This document shows, piece by piece, positions 30,434-41,042 of a DNA stretch of 64,000 bases. Source of the stretch: an uncultured Methanosarcinaceae archaeon (GTDB taxonomy: Archaea > Halobacteriota > Methanosarcinia > Methanosarcinales > Methanosarcinaceae); contig CAWJYV010000007.1 in NCBI GenBank assembly GCA_963847185.1, forward strand, positions 736,001 through 800,000, given 5' to 3'. The translations under genes were made by a program, and so were the position numbers. The notes under the pieces are model-generated. The model ran no database searches, was not told the DNA's origin, and worked only from the letters and a program-made list of their open reading frames with translations. How positions within the stretch are numbered: position 1 is the first letter of the stretch; the number at the start of each line of letters is the position of its first letter.

Positions 30434-31960
30434 TCAGTCTAACAGACTTTTTTGCCCATTAGAAGTTTTATTGGACATATTTCCTGTATAATACGGTGAA
30501 AATATTTCAACCCGATTTGGGAAAAGATTTTCAACCGCTTTCATACTGTGTATCTGGTAAGGTCTTTGCGCTCCCGCAGAAATTGCTCTACTCCAGGGGA
30601 AATACTCCTTCAGAGACTCATTTTCACTTACCTGTTCTACAAATTTTGGATCAAACACAAAATCCGATGTGGAATTTTCGTACATATAATTCCCACCGCT
30701 ATTGTTTGATAGGCAGTTGTTTTTCAGGATAAATGAATGGTTAGTGCTCAGGTTATTAAATACCGCGTATCCTTTTCCGGCTGTACGGCTCGGCTGTGTG
30801 TTAATAATTATATTGTCTTTTACAACTGTTGTATATCCTGAACCTGGGGCTGAAAATTCTTCAGTTACCTCCTTATGAGCAATAGCTGCACCATAGCACC
30901 CGTTGAAGAAATTATTCTCTATGAGAGTATTTTGAAAACCATTGAGCACTATACCCCCTGCCCAGTGAGCACCTCCGTTAGTGCCGGTTTCGTAAAACCT
31001 GTTATGATGAATATACACATCTTTTGCAGAGGATTTGGGATACTCTGAGCCATACCCAAATACCCAGATGCCGGCAGCATGGGTCTGATTAAGCATATTA
31101 TTGCAAATTTCGATATCGTCCATAACGATTGCAGGACTGGTAGTAGCTGGTGTATTTGTAGCAGTTGGAGGATTGAATTTCTGGATTTCAATTCCTGCTC
31201 CTCCCTGTCCATTGGAGCTGATGACATTGTTATGAAATCTTACGTGGTTGGTGTTGTATATCCTTAATCCGCTATTTGTTCTGCATGTTATATTGTTATT
31301 CCAGGCCTGCACGTTTGCAGAATTGATAACGTATAGAGCGTCATGTCCTAAATTGTACACACTGTTGTTATAAAATTTAATATTTAAGCTCCTTGAAACT
31401 TTCAGCCCATCTCCATGACTATCATGCATATACATATCGTGAACGAATACGCTTGTGCAATTTACAATGTGGATTAAATTGTAATACCCCTTTCCGTTCC
31501 CATATTCACTATTATTGTCATGATTTCCATCAATTTCAAACCCCCTTATAATAATATCATGACTTTTGTTGCTGTCTATCTGCTTAATCAAAGGCTTTTC
31601 TTTCTCCCAGCTTGCATTATCTCTAAGCTTGATCACAGCTGTGGAATCGCCTTCAAGGACAGTATTATTTCCAATAAAAATAGTGTCCGAAATGACATAA
31701 GTATTAGGGCCCCTCAAATAAACGGTTGTAAATTGCGGGTTTTCTGCCACGTAAGCAAGAGCTCTATTTATCTCTACCTGATCCCTCCACCCGTTACAAT
31801 CATAATCTCCAAATCCCGTAGAAGTTACATAAATTGTCTTATTCGAAGTTTTAGCTGATACGAAGAAAACCGTACCCACAGCTAAAAGAATGAGAACCAC
31901 ACTGAAAATGACTATCTTTTTTCGATTTACCTGCCTTTGTTTTGATATTTTGCCGTCCAT
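30434..31960 (-). CDS. Secreted right-handed parallel beta-helix protein
   Basis: N-terminal TM/signal segment, DQVEINRAL, IDGN and HDSHGDG motifs, and Asn-ladder repeats. Confidence 0.85.
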   Translation of the reverse strand: MDGKISKQRQVNRKKIVIFSVVLILLAVGTVFFVSAKTSNKTIYVTSTGFGDYDCNGWRDQVEINRALAYVAENPQFTTVYLRGPNTYVISDTIFIGNNTVLEGDSTAVIKLRDNASWEKEKPLIKQIDSNKSHDIIIRGFEIDGNHDNNSEYGNGKGYYNLIHIVNCTSVFVHDMYMHDSHGDGLKVSRSLNIKFYNNSVYNLGHDALYVINSANVQAWNNNITCRTNSGLRIYNTNHVRFHNNVISSNGQGGAGIEIQKFNPPTATNTPATTSPAIVMDDIEICNNMLNQTHAAGIWVFGYGSEYPKSSAKDVYIHHNRFYETGTNGGAHWAGGIVLNGFQNTLIENNFFNGCYGAAIAHKEVTEEFSAPGSGYTTVVKDNIIINTQPSRTAGKGYAVFNNLSTNHSFILKNNCLSNNSGGNYMYENSTSDFVFDPKFVEQVSENESLKEYFPWSRAISAGAQRPYQIHSMKAVENLFPNRVEIFSPYYTGNMSNKTSNGQKSLLD

Positions 31961-32214
31961 AAGATCCAAGATAAACTAAACTATTGGCATCTATATTAAA
32001 AAAATTTAACTGTTCTATGTGTCTTCTGCTCATCTCCTTTCTTCCAAATATATCTTGGAATGATACTCACTGCCATCTTTAAGGGAGCAAAAAGACTGGC
32101 TTTTGAGGAGTTTTCAGGAAGATAAGGGCAAAACAAGGTCTTTACTGAATTTAGGATGTGCTTATAAAATGGAATAAAATATCTATATAAATAAACAGGC
32201 TTCTATTATCTTTA

Positions 32215-33870
32215 ATGCTGGGGAAAACAAAGCGCTATCTTGAGGTTACGAGGGTTCTTTTAAAGTATAACCTTATTCCGGAACTATACCGGGACCTGCG
32301 GACTGATTATATTTCAAATCCTGAATGTACCTGCTCTTTTGATCTTGAAAACAGGCAGACAGCTGTAAAACTCAGGCAGGCTTTTGAAGAGCTTGGGCCA
32401 ACTTTTATCAAAATGGGGCAGACCATGAGCAAGAGGCCTGACCTTGTTCCCCAGGCTTATGTTATAGAAATGGCAAACCTTCAGGACAAAGTTAAGCCGA
32501 TGCCTTTTGAAGAAATGGCCGAATCTCTGGACCTTGCCTGCATCTGTGAATACCAGACGCGGGCAGAGCGCTCCCGGAAGAAAACCCATGAGGAAATTAA
32601 GGCTTCAAGGGAGAGAAGGGCAAAGGCCTTCATTGAAATATTTGACAGTTTTGACCCAAATCCGATTGCATGCGGCTCAATTGCCCAGGTTTACAAAGGG
32701 GTTATTGAAGGCAAGCCTGTAGCTGTAAAGATTCTGCGCCCAAACCTTATTGATACTATAAATATCGATCTTTCTATTCTGGACGATTTTAAACCTGTTA
32801 TGAAAAAAATTCTCGGATTAGAGGGAAACTTCGACATTAATGCTTTTCTCCTGGAAATTCGGGAGATGCTTACCCGGGAAGTTGACCTCAGAATCGAAGC
32901 CGTTAATATGCGGCGTTTTGAGGACAATTTTAAAAATGTAAAAAATGTAGCCGTGCCTGAAATTTATGAGGATTACTGCTCTGCCAATGTCCTTACAATG
33001 GAATTCATTGAGGGGACTCAGATCAAAGATATTATTGATATATCTGTGCCGCAGAGCAAGAAATCGGAATATACACGCACAATTACCAAAAGCTACCTTA
33101 AACAGGTCTATATAGACGGCTTTTACCATGCAGATCCCCATGGGGGGAATATGCTGGTTGAAGAAAACGACACCATTGCTTTCATCGATTTTGGGGCTGT
33201 CGGAAGTATCGATGATGAGCTTAAAAAGAATATGCTGGAGTTTTATTACGCTATCAATAACAGGGATGTTGAAGGTGCAACGCAGGCTTTTCTGAGAATC
33301 GGGGATGCGGATGCAAGAGATGTGGATATTCACAGGCTCAGGAAAGATATGGATGAACTGATCGCAAACCAGAACTACGGACTTGAAGGCAGGCAGAGTG
33401 ACAACTACGCCAAACTCGGCCTGAAATATGATATCCGGCTGCCAGGAGAGTTTTCAACCCTGCAAAGGGCAATCCTGCTTATTGAAGGAGTCTGCCTTGA
33501 GCTGGACCCGAGATACAATATCAAAACAATTGCAATTCCGGTATTGGTGGAAGCCTATAAAAAACTAAGTCTTCCAAAAAGGGCTGCCCTTAGTATTGAG
33601 TTTTCTACCGAACCTGTAGATGAAAAAGCCGAGCTGAGGGCTGCAATCAGGGAGGTTGCCGACAAAATGGAAGGAATGGGAGACAAGTTTCTCTCTGTAA
33701 AGCAAAAAAAGGGCAAAGAAACTATTTTCTCAAAGGAGTTCTATCTCGCTGTCCTGCTTATTGTGTCGACTTATATTTTGTTAAATGGAGATTCTTTCTC
33801 CTGGGTCGGATTGATCGGGTTTGCAGGATCCATTCTGATAATCCTTGTTTCTATGATTAAGGTCAAGTAA
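32215..33870 (+). CDS. AarF/ABC1/UbiB family atypical kinase
   Basis: LGPTFIKMGQ, ACGSIAQVY, VAVKILRP, HADPHGGN and DFG motifs, with C-terminal TMs. Confidence 0.93.
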   Translation: MLGKTKRYLEVTRVLLKYNLIPELYRDLRTDYISNPECTCSFDLENRQTAVKLRQAFEELGPTFIKMGQTMSKRPDLVPQAYVIEMANLQDKVKPMPFEEMAESLDLACICEYQTRAERSRKKTHEEIKASRERRAKAFIEIFDSFDPNPIACGSIAQVYKGVIEGKPVAVKILRPNLIDTINIDLSILDDFKPVMKKILGLEGNFDINAFLLEIREMLTREVDLRIEAVNMRRFEDNFKNVKNVAVPEIYEDYCSANVLTMEFIEGTQIKDIIDISVPQSKKSEYTRTITKSYLKQVYIDGFYHADPHGGNMLVEENDTIAFIDFGAVGSIDDELKKNMLEFYYAINNRDVEGATQAFLRIGDADARDVDIHRLRKDMDELIANQNYGLEGRQSDNYAKLGLKYDIRLPGEFSTLQRAILLIEGVCLELDPRYNIKTIAIPVLVEAYKKLSLPKRAALSIEFSTEPVDEKAELRAAIREVADKMEGMGDKFLSVKQKKGKETIFSKEFYLAVLLIVSTYILLNGDSFSWVGLIGFAGSILIILVSMIKVK

Positions 33871-34025
33871 TAAATGATTAAAATAACTTCTAAAATGAGC
33901 TCTATTGCAGGTATAGCATATTCTTCCTCTAACTGCAAATTGCTCAATAACGAAAACCAGTGGGCAGTGTGCCTAAATTTCTGTAAAATTCTCTATATCC
34001 TTTTTACTCTTCTTTTTTGTACTGC

Positions 34026-34141
34026 AGGACTTACGCGGTTGAACTGAATAATCAACAGCCTCAAACCTTCAACTGTCTAAAGTATCGATTTATTAGTGAT
34101 TTCTATTGATCTTGATTTTGAACCTCAAGTGCGTAAGTCCT
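34026..34141. mobile_element. 116-bp MITE, copy 1
   Basis: TIR AGGACTTACGC...GCGTAAGTCCT, with a homologous copy at 51338-51453. Confidence 0.85.
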
Positions 34142-34163
34142 ATAACACATACTTTTCTCCAAA

Positions 34164-34979
34164 TTAGGTTCCTATCTGGACGGGACTTAGAATTTTTTTC
34201 AGGGTTGAGATTGCAGAAAGGGCAGCAAGATAGCTGGTTTTGGGGTTTTCGGGAGAAGGGAGATTTTCTACTTTTGTGGTAAATTTGCCGAATTCCCCTT
34301 CTACAGTGACTTCATGCACATTTCTGGAAAGAGTAGGGTCGGCAATAACTCTCACCATTGTTTTCTCAAAGCCTATACCTGCAAGGCTTATTGTGGCTGC
34401 TACGTTTACATTTGCAGGAAAGGCTTTGACAGCTTTTGAGGCAGGGCCTTCAAAGAGAAGGGTTTCGTTTTCGATTTTTTCAAGTTCAATTCCCATATTT
34501 ACAACATGCGGAGCTCCTACAAGCCCTGAAGGAGGTTTTCTGGTAGTAAGGGTAACTGACGAAATTCCAGCAGCTGATGCAGAGTTTATTCCATCTATAC
34601 CAACAACGGCACCCGAAGGGAAATAGAGCTTGCAGTTATTCTGCTTTGCAAGGCCGAAAAGCCTTTCTCTGAGTTCTTCGTCAGCAAGAGCCCCTACACT
34701 GAGAACCATAACATCACACCCTGCTTCAAGGGCTTGAGGCACGATGAACCTGACAGCGTTTTGAGAAGCACTTTCTATAACAAGATCTACACTGTTTAAT
34801 AGTTCCTCAATCTTCATATATGCAGGATTGCACTTTTTCAGAGAGGCTGCAAGTTCAAGAGCTTTGCTCTCGGAAGAATCACATAAAGCATGCAGCTCCG
34901 CATTAACAGTATCGGCATCAATAGCCCTGCAAATCTGTCCACCAATAAATCCGCAACCAATAATTCCTATTTTCAGCGT
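34164..34979 (-). CDS. nadX: L-aspartate dehydrogenase
   Basis: GIIGCGFIG, FPANVNVAA, NVHE and NPKTSYLAALS motifs. The SD-supported start codon is ACG; an alternative TTG lies at 35003. Confidence 0.92.
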   Translation of the reverse strand, partial: TLKIGIIGCGFIGGQICRAIDADTVNAELHALCDSSESKALELAASLKKCNPAYMKIEELLNSVDLVIESASQNAVRFIVPQALEAGCDVMVLSVGALADEELRERLFGLAKQNNCKLYFPSGAVVGIDGINSASAAGISSVTLTTRKPPSGLVGAPHVVNMGIELEKIENETLLFEGPASKAVKAFPANVNVAATISLAGIGFEKTMVRVIADPTLSRNVHEVTVEGEFGKFTTKVENLPSPENPKTSYLAALSAISTLKKILSPVQIGT

Positions 34980-35219
34980 TCCAGGCTCCTGATAAATAAT
35001 CAATAAATTTTGATCTTTAGATTTGAGTACCCTGCATTATCAACTCGAGGGCCGGGATACTGTATTCCTTTCCCTCTCTTAAAACCTTCTGTTGTTGAAC
35101 ATCTCTTATTTATTAGTAAAAGTTTCTCTTACCCTTTGTTTCACTCACAGTAAGATATCCAGGAAAAAATGCCGTACCTCTTATAAATCCGGGAGACATT
35201 AAATAGCAGGGTAAAAATC

Positions 35220-36059
35220 ATGCTCATTAAAGAGATCGAAAATTTTATAGAAGAAGATCTGGGGTACGATGATGTTTCGTGTACTATTGTGCCTGACAGA
35301 TCTGCAGAAGCCATCATTTTCACAAAAGAGAACTGTATAATTGCCGGGCTTAAAGAAGCCGATTCAATTTTTTGCTATCTTGGAGTTCAGGCTGAAACCA
35401 CTCTTAAAGATGGAGATTGCCTCAAAGAAGGAGATATAATTTTCAGGTTAAAAGGAGGAGCTGTATCGATTCTTAGAGCAGAAAGGCTTACCCTGAACTT
35501 TCTCGGGCACCTTAGCGGAATTTCAACCCTTACCCGGACCTGCGTGGATATAGTAAGGAGACATTCGGAAACTATGAGAGTAGCATGTACCAGAAAAACC
35601 ACACCAGGCATAAGGAAATTCGAAAAACTGGCTGTAGCTGCAGGCGGAGGGGACACACACAGGTTCAACCTTTCAGATTCTGTCATGATTAAAGACAACC
35701 ACATTAAACTGATGGGAATAGAAGCTGCAATCAAGGAAGCTAAAAAAACTAGCTTTACCCGAAAAATAGAGGTTGAAGTTGAATCCGCAGAAGATGCCGT
35801 ATTTGCTGCAAAACTCGGAGCTGACATTATCATGCTGGATAACATGCAGCCTGAAACCATCAGAAAGACCCTTGGAATGATTAAAGAAAAAGGATTCAGG
35901 GACTCGGTTATCATTGAAGCGTCAGGAGGAATTTCTCAGGCAAATCTTGAAGCTTATGCGAAAACCGGGGTAGACGTCATATCAATGGGATCTCTTATCC
36001 ATAAATCGAGTTGGATAGACGTTAGCCTTGAAATAGTCAATCAAAATACAGAAAAATAG
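35220..36059 (+). CDS. nadC: Nicotinate-nucleotide pyrophosphorylase (carboxylating)
   Basis: TRKTTPG, HRFNLSD..MIKDNH, EVEVE, IMLDN and EASGGI motifs. Confidence 0.96.
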   Translation: MLIKEIENFIEEDLGYDDVSCTIVPDRSAEAIIFTKENCIIAGLKEADSIFCYLGVQAETTLKDGDCLKEGDIIFRLKGGAVSILRAERLTLNFLGHLSGISTLTRTCVDIVRRHSETMRVACTRKTTPGIRKFEKLAVAAGGGDTHRFNLSDSVMIKDNHIKLMGIEAAIKEAKKTSFTRKIEVEVESAEDAVFAAKLGADIIMLDNMQPETIRKTLGMIKEKGFRDSVIIEASGGISQANLEAYAKTGVDVISMGSLIHKSSWIDVSLEIVNQNTEK

Positions 36060-36193
36060 CTGTGAAACTTATTTTCTAATTTTTTAACTATCTCTTAATC
36101 CAGAAGGAAAGAATAAAAATAGCAATTTTTAAAAATAATCTGAGGTACGGTTTTGCAGAAAAAGCAAAACCGACCAAAAATAGATTCCCAGGC

Positions 36194-36790
<597 letters not shown>

Positions 36791-36970
36791 CAGGAATTCC
36801 TGTAAAAGCATGAGTTTTTCGGTAAAAACATGACTAGAGAGCGCACCATATAATATATACTTTTTGTTGGGGAAAAATTATCGAGCCTCCATCCATGCCG
36901 AAAAAACCAGGTCATAGCGGCCTAACGAGGAAAAGCTAAGTTTTGTATGTGAAAAACCAAAGATTGTATA

Positions 36971-38201
36971 TTATGAAGATTTCCACAGGCTCAAGACTAT
37001 TCTTGCTCCCCCGGGATTTATTTTCCTGTAAATAGAATCAATGAACAAATCCCGAAAGGCCTGAGCTTCCGAGAAGTCTTCGGTTTCCGCAATGGAACGG
37101 ACAGTTTCGCCAATCTCACCTGAACACTCAACTTCAAGCCGTGCCCTTATATCATTTTTAATAAAGACCTCAAGCTGATTTTTAAGCAGGGAAAGATCAT
37201 CTGTGGATGAATTTTCAGGTAAAGCTCCGAGATCAAGCGGGAATCCCGTATCAAGCACATCCCGGTAATATACCACAAATGCTTCCTCCGCAGAAGGAGA
37301 ATTCTCTCCAGAATTTTCGGAAACCCCATACATCAGAGTCTGAAGAGACTCGTCAGAATCTTTCCCAAAAACCGTCCCGGAATAATCCGAGGGAAAAAGG
37401 ACTTCAACAACTACTTCTGCCCCTTCCTGAGCGGCAGTGTCAAGAGTATCATTGAAAACCTGAGATAGCAACCTTGAAGCTTCATCATCTGAAGAGTTAA
37501 GGGAAGTCTCAAGCACGGAATCATTGACACAGGCAAAAAGAGTATTTCTTGAAGGAGAATTTGCATAAAGAGGCATAGATAGTTTTGTACTTTGCCTTAA
37601 TGCATTTGCAGGAGGCTCTTCTCCTATAATAAGCTCGCTTCTCATAGGAAAAACATCTACAGGCTGCCAGTATGCTTCAAACCTGTAAGAGAACCTCCCT
37701 GCAACTCTATGGTCCAGATAAGCAGAAATGGACTCCGAATCCTTCAGAGAATAATCTGCAGCAAGAGGATTTAGAGAAAAGGAATTGCCATCAGGTGAAA
37801 CGTCATATAAGACAAGAGAAAGGGCCAGATATTCGGCTACAAGATCAGCAAAAGTCCTGTGTTTCTGTTCTTTAGTAAAAAGGGTATGAGAAGGGTTTTC
37901 CACAACTGAATTTTCAGATGCAGACATATTGAGCGCAGACAGAGGCGAAATTTCATATTCAAAGTTCTCAAGTTTGCAGGAAAGAAGGGATTCAAGCATG
38001 CAGGTGTCAAGTTCAGATGAAGTGACATATCCTGCCGCAGAGTACTGTTTTTCGGCCTGCATAGGAGACATGAGCAGGACACCTGCAAGCGAGATCAATA
38101 CAAGCAAAAAAAGGGCATCTAAAACCGTGGAATAACCCGAAAACTCTGCAATCAGATTTTTTTGCCGTCTTTTTCTTATTTCTCCCCCTTTTTTCCTGCA
38201 T
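36971..38201 (-). pseudogene. Pilin-like (class III signal-like) protein with a frameshift near its start
   Basis: SD GGAGGTGA and ATG at 38201 lie one base out of frame with ...EFSG/YSTVLDALFLLVLI... Homopolymer runs at 38157-38194. Confidence 0.6.
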
Positions 38202-38211
38202 GCCGTTTATC

Positions 38212-38709
38212 TCACCTCCACAAAGTCTTATAAAGCACAACAGTAAGGGTTCCCGGAACGGATTCCGCAGGATTCAATTCGATTACTACAGGCATGGATG
38301 CTGCAATTTTTTCCCTGCCCTCAATAAAAGAGTCAGATTCGGAATTATCCGGTACTATCTTCCACTGCCATTTCCCATCCCAGGTCCGAACCTCAACCAG
38401 AAACAAATAATTTCCGGAAAAAGACGCAAAGAACTTTTCTCTTTCTTTAATTCCTGAAGGCCCGGACAGCTTATCAAGGGAAGATGCCGAAATCAGATTA
38501 GAACTCTCAGCTTTGAGGGCAGGAGAAGATTCGAGAGTTTCTGCAAGAAGAGAAGCACTTTCGTAGTTCTCCAGGGCGAAAGAACGGGCTTCATACCCCA
38601 GATATGCATGAGACATAATAGCCGCAAAAACTACAAAACCTATCACTGCAAGAGCTGTGGAGAGAATATCAGCCTGAGGCTCAAGGACTCCCCTTTCATC
38701 CCTGAACAT
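38212..38709 (-). CDS. Pilin-like protein (MFRDERG/VLEP...)
   Basis: DERG followed by a hydrophobic helix. The frame is open further upstream through 15-nt repeats, so the start is uncertain. Confidence 0.65.
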   Translation of the reverse strand: MFRDERGVLEPQADILSTALAVIGFVVFAAIMSHAYLGYEARSFALENYESASLLAETLESSPALKAESSNLISASSLDKLSGPSGIKEREKFFASFSGNYLFLVEVRTWDGKWQWKIVPDNSESDSFIEGREKIAASMPVVIELNPAESVPGTLTVVLYKTLWR

Positions 38710-38779
38710 GGATTTACAGGTTGTTTTTACCGATTTTGGAAAAAACGACCTTGTGACAACTGATGTGGTGCCAACTGAG

Positions 38780-38875
38780 TTTGTGAAAAGTGGTTGTGTG
38801 AAAGATGACTGTGTGAAGGGTGATTGTACGAAAAGTAGTTGCGTGAAAGGTGATTGTGTGAAAAGTGATTGTGTG
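38780..38875. repeat. Degenerate 15-bp tandem repeat (about 6 copies)
   Basis: TGTGTGAAAAGTGAT-like units, read as QSxFT on the minus strand. Confidence 0.8.
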
Positions 38876-38935
38876 GCAGCGTGTTTTATGACAAAAGATT
38901 TTGTAACAACCGATTTATCGGCAATTCTGCAAAAA

Positions 38936-39601
38936 TCACTGATAAACAAGGACACAGCCAAAAGTAAAACCCTCCTCATTGCTATTTATGTAAATATCCT
39001 CTTTTTTTACTGAGATATCTTCTTCAGGGTCCAGGATTACCTCCTGAGTTCCAAGATTCTGCACAAAAGTTAAAAATTCGTTGTAATCAGCTGTAAGAGG
39101 AGATGCTTCACTGCCTTCGGTCCCAAACCGTGTGCGAAGTTTGTCCTGAAGTTCAGGTTCACTGAAGGGTAAAACTCTGAAAGTAAAAGGACTTACAGCC
39201 CTGAAGGGTTTTCCACAGTATTCGGCTTCCAGACAGACGTATTCTCCCGAAACAAGAACTTTTACCTCCTCCCTGAAAGGTAGAGCCTGAAAAATCTCTT
39301 TATCATTATAACGATAATAGTAAGTTTCCTGAGAGCCAAAAGACTGCTGAGAGCCTGAAGTTTCCTGATAACCAGAAAATTTGGTTGGGAAATTTTCCTG
39401 AAGATTCTTCATTCCTGCTTCATCTACTCTGGTTTTGAAATCCTGGGCGAGATAATCAAGCTGTTCCTGTGTCTCAAGATCCTTAAAATCCGTGGCAAGA
39501 TGAAAAAGGCCTGCAAAAATGACGATGCTTGCGAGAATCAGGGCTGCTTTACAGATAAGAAAATCAGCCCATGCCGAATCGTCTTCAGTAAAGTCTTTCA
39601 A
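38936..39601 (-). CDS. Pilin-like protein (EDDSA/WADF...)
   Basis: TTG start after GGAG, DDSA motif followed by a hydrophobic helix. Confidence 0.65.
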   Translation of the reverse strand: MKDFTEDDSAWADFLICKAALILASIVIFAGLFHLATDFKDLETQEQLDYLAQDFKTRVDEAGMKNLQENFPTKFSGYQETSGSQQSFGSQETYYYRYNDKEIFQALPFREEVKVLVSGEYVCLEAEYCGKPFRAVSPFTFRVLPFSEPELQDKLRTRFGTEGSEASPLTADYNEFLTFVQNLGTQEVILDPEEDISVKKEDIYINSNEEGFTFGCVLVYQ

Positions 39602-39658
39602 ATCATCATACTCCGTGAACAGAATAAATTTCTTAATTCTAACTAAAATAAGTTTTCT

Positions 39659-40162
39659 TCAAATTCCTTTATCGGAAATCAGTACGAAAAGTCTGCCAGA
39701 ATCTGCTTCTGTTTTTGTGGATAGAGTCAGCCTGTGCCTGCCGGAACCAAGAGAGATGGGACCGTTGATTTCAGGATTTGAAAATAAAGCAGATGAAGAA
39801 TAAAACTTACTTTTTCCCTCTATATGAATGCAGTAATTATTAGCATCTGCAGGCCACTTATTCTGACACCCCGGAAGATTCCCGAAATCCACTGTTACTC
39901 CTTCAGGAACTCTAAGCTCCAGACAAATTTCACTGCCTTCTCCCCTTATAGAGAGCTGCTCAGCTGCAACCTTAAGTTTTGAGACCTCATCAAGGATTTC
40001 TTTTTCCTTTACCCCATCCAGAAAATCATAAACAGAAATTGAAGAAAGTAATAATAGTGAAGCAAAAAGGATGCCTGAGACTGTAAGCCTGAAAGGGAGC
40101 GCACAAACTGCGGACTCGTCGGTTTCAACCCAGCGGACAGAAATTTGACCTTTATTTCCCGT
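39659..40162 (-). CDS. Pilin-like protein (DESA/VCALPFRL...), probable ACG start
   Basis: Frame open 39659-40165 with no ATG/GTG/TTG until 39892. GGGGGT SD lies 6 nt before an in-frame ACG at 40162. Confidence 0.6.
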   Translation of the reverse strand, partial: TGNKGQISVRWVETDESAVCALPFRLTVSGILFASLLLLSSISVYDFLDGVKEKEILDEVSKLKVAAEQLSIRGEGSEICLELRVPEGVTVDFGNLPGCQNKWPADANNYCIHIEGKSKFYSSSALFSNPEINGPISLGSGRHRLTLSTKTEADSGRLFVLISDKGI

Positions 40163-40903
40163 GAATTAACCCCCAATAAATTAAAGAACAATTTGTAATT
40201 AATAAATAAGTTTACACAGTTGGCATATAAAAGCTTGCTCTATCGGTTAAAGATTGCTGTGTGTTTTTGTACAGTCATTACAAAGACCATACGCACGAAA
40301 ATGACAAATACAAAAATAGTTATCAAAAGAATTGATTCCTTGGATGTTGACTTTACTCTTAATTTTAATTAATTAGGGTCACCTAACATCTAAAAAATGA
40401 AGAAATTGAGATTAACAATATCAACAATTAACCTTCAAGAGTTAAAAACGTTATTCAAGGAGTGGATGTATAATAAGCTCAATAAGCTCACTTTTTAATA
40501 TCCTTCTCTATAAAAACCAGAACTATATAATTAATTTCATTAAAACTTACTTAGATATACCAGATTGAAAAACAAATGAAAAAGTGCATAAGCAAACAGT
40601 ACACATTCAAACGCTGATATAAGAGAACAATAGGTTAAACATTAAACTGCTTCTGGAAAATACAGAAGGTAGTAAGCCGTGGTAGAAGTTTTGATAATCT
40701 TATCTCTTTCAAATAAAACAAAAAAAACTGAGTCACAAAAAAATCCTTTCTGGAATAGATTGTCACTAAAAACAGCCCTTTGAGTAGAAGTTAGGCCGTC
40801 TGGGCTTTAAAATATGAAAAACTGGAGAGAAGCTCAAAGCGAAATTGATTTCAGGATATAAACAGTTATACATGCAAATAAAAAAGAGAGTGCTGCAAGG
40901 AAT

Positions 40904-41042
40904 AAATATCAGAAAAAAAGATTATCATTGAGTAAAACTATGAACTCAAAATATCCGAAAAAAAGATTATCATTGAGTAAAACTATGAACTCAAAATATC
41001 CGAAAAAAAGATTATCATTGAGTAAGGACTATGAACTCAAAA
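40904..41042. repeat. 45-bp tandem repeat x3 overlapping a start codon
   Basis: ATTATCATTGAGTAAAACTATGAACTCAAAATATCCGAAAAAAAG at 40921 and 40966, with a variant at 41011. Confidence 0.93.

Noticed and set aside
40904-41042. Possible CRISPR array
   Set aside because: Head-to-tail units without unique spacers, and no cas genes.
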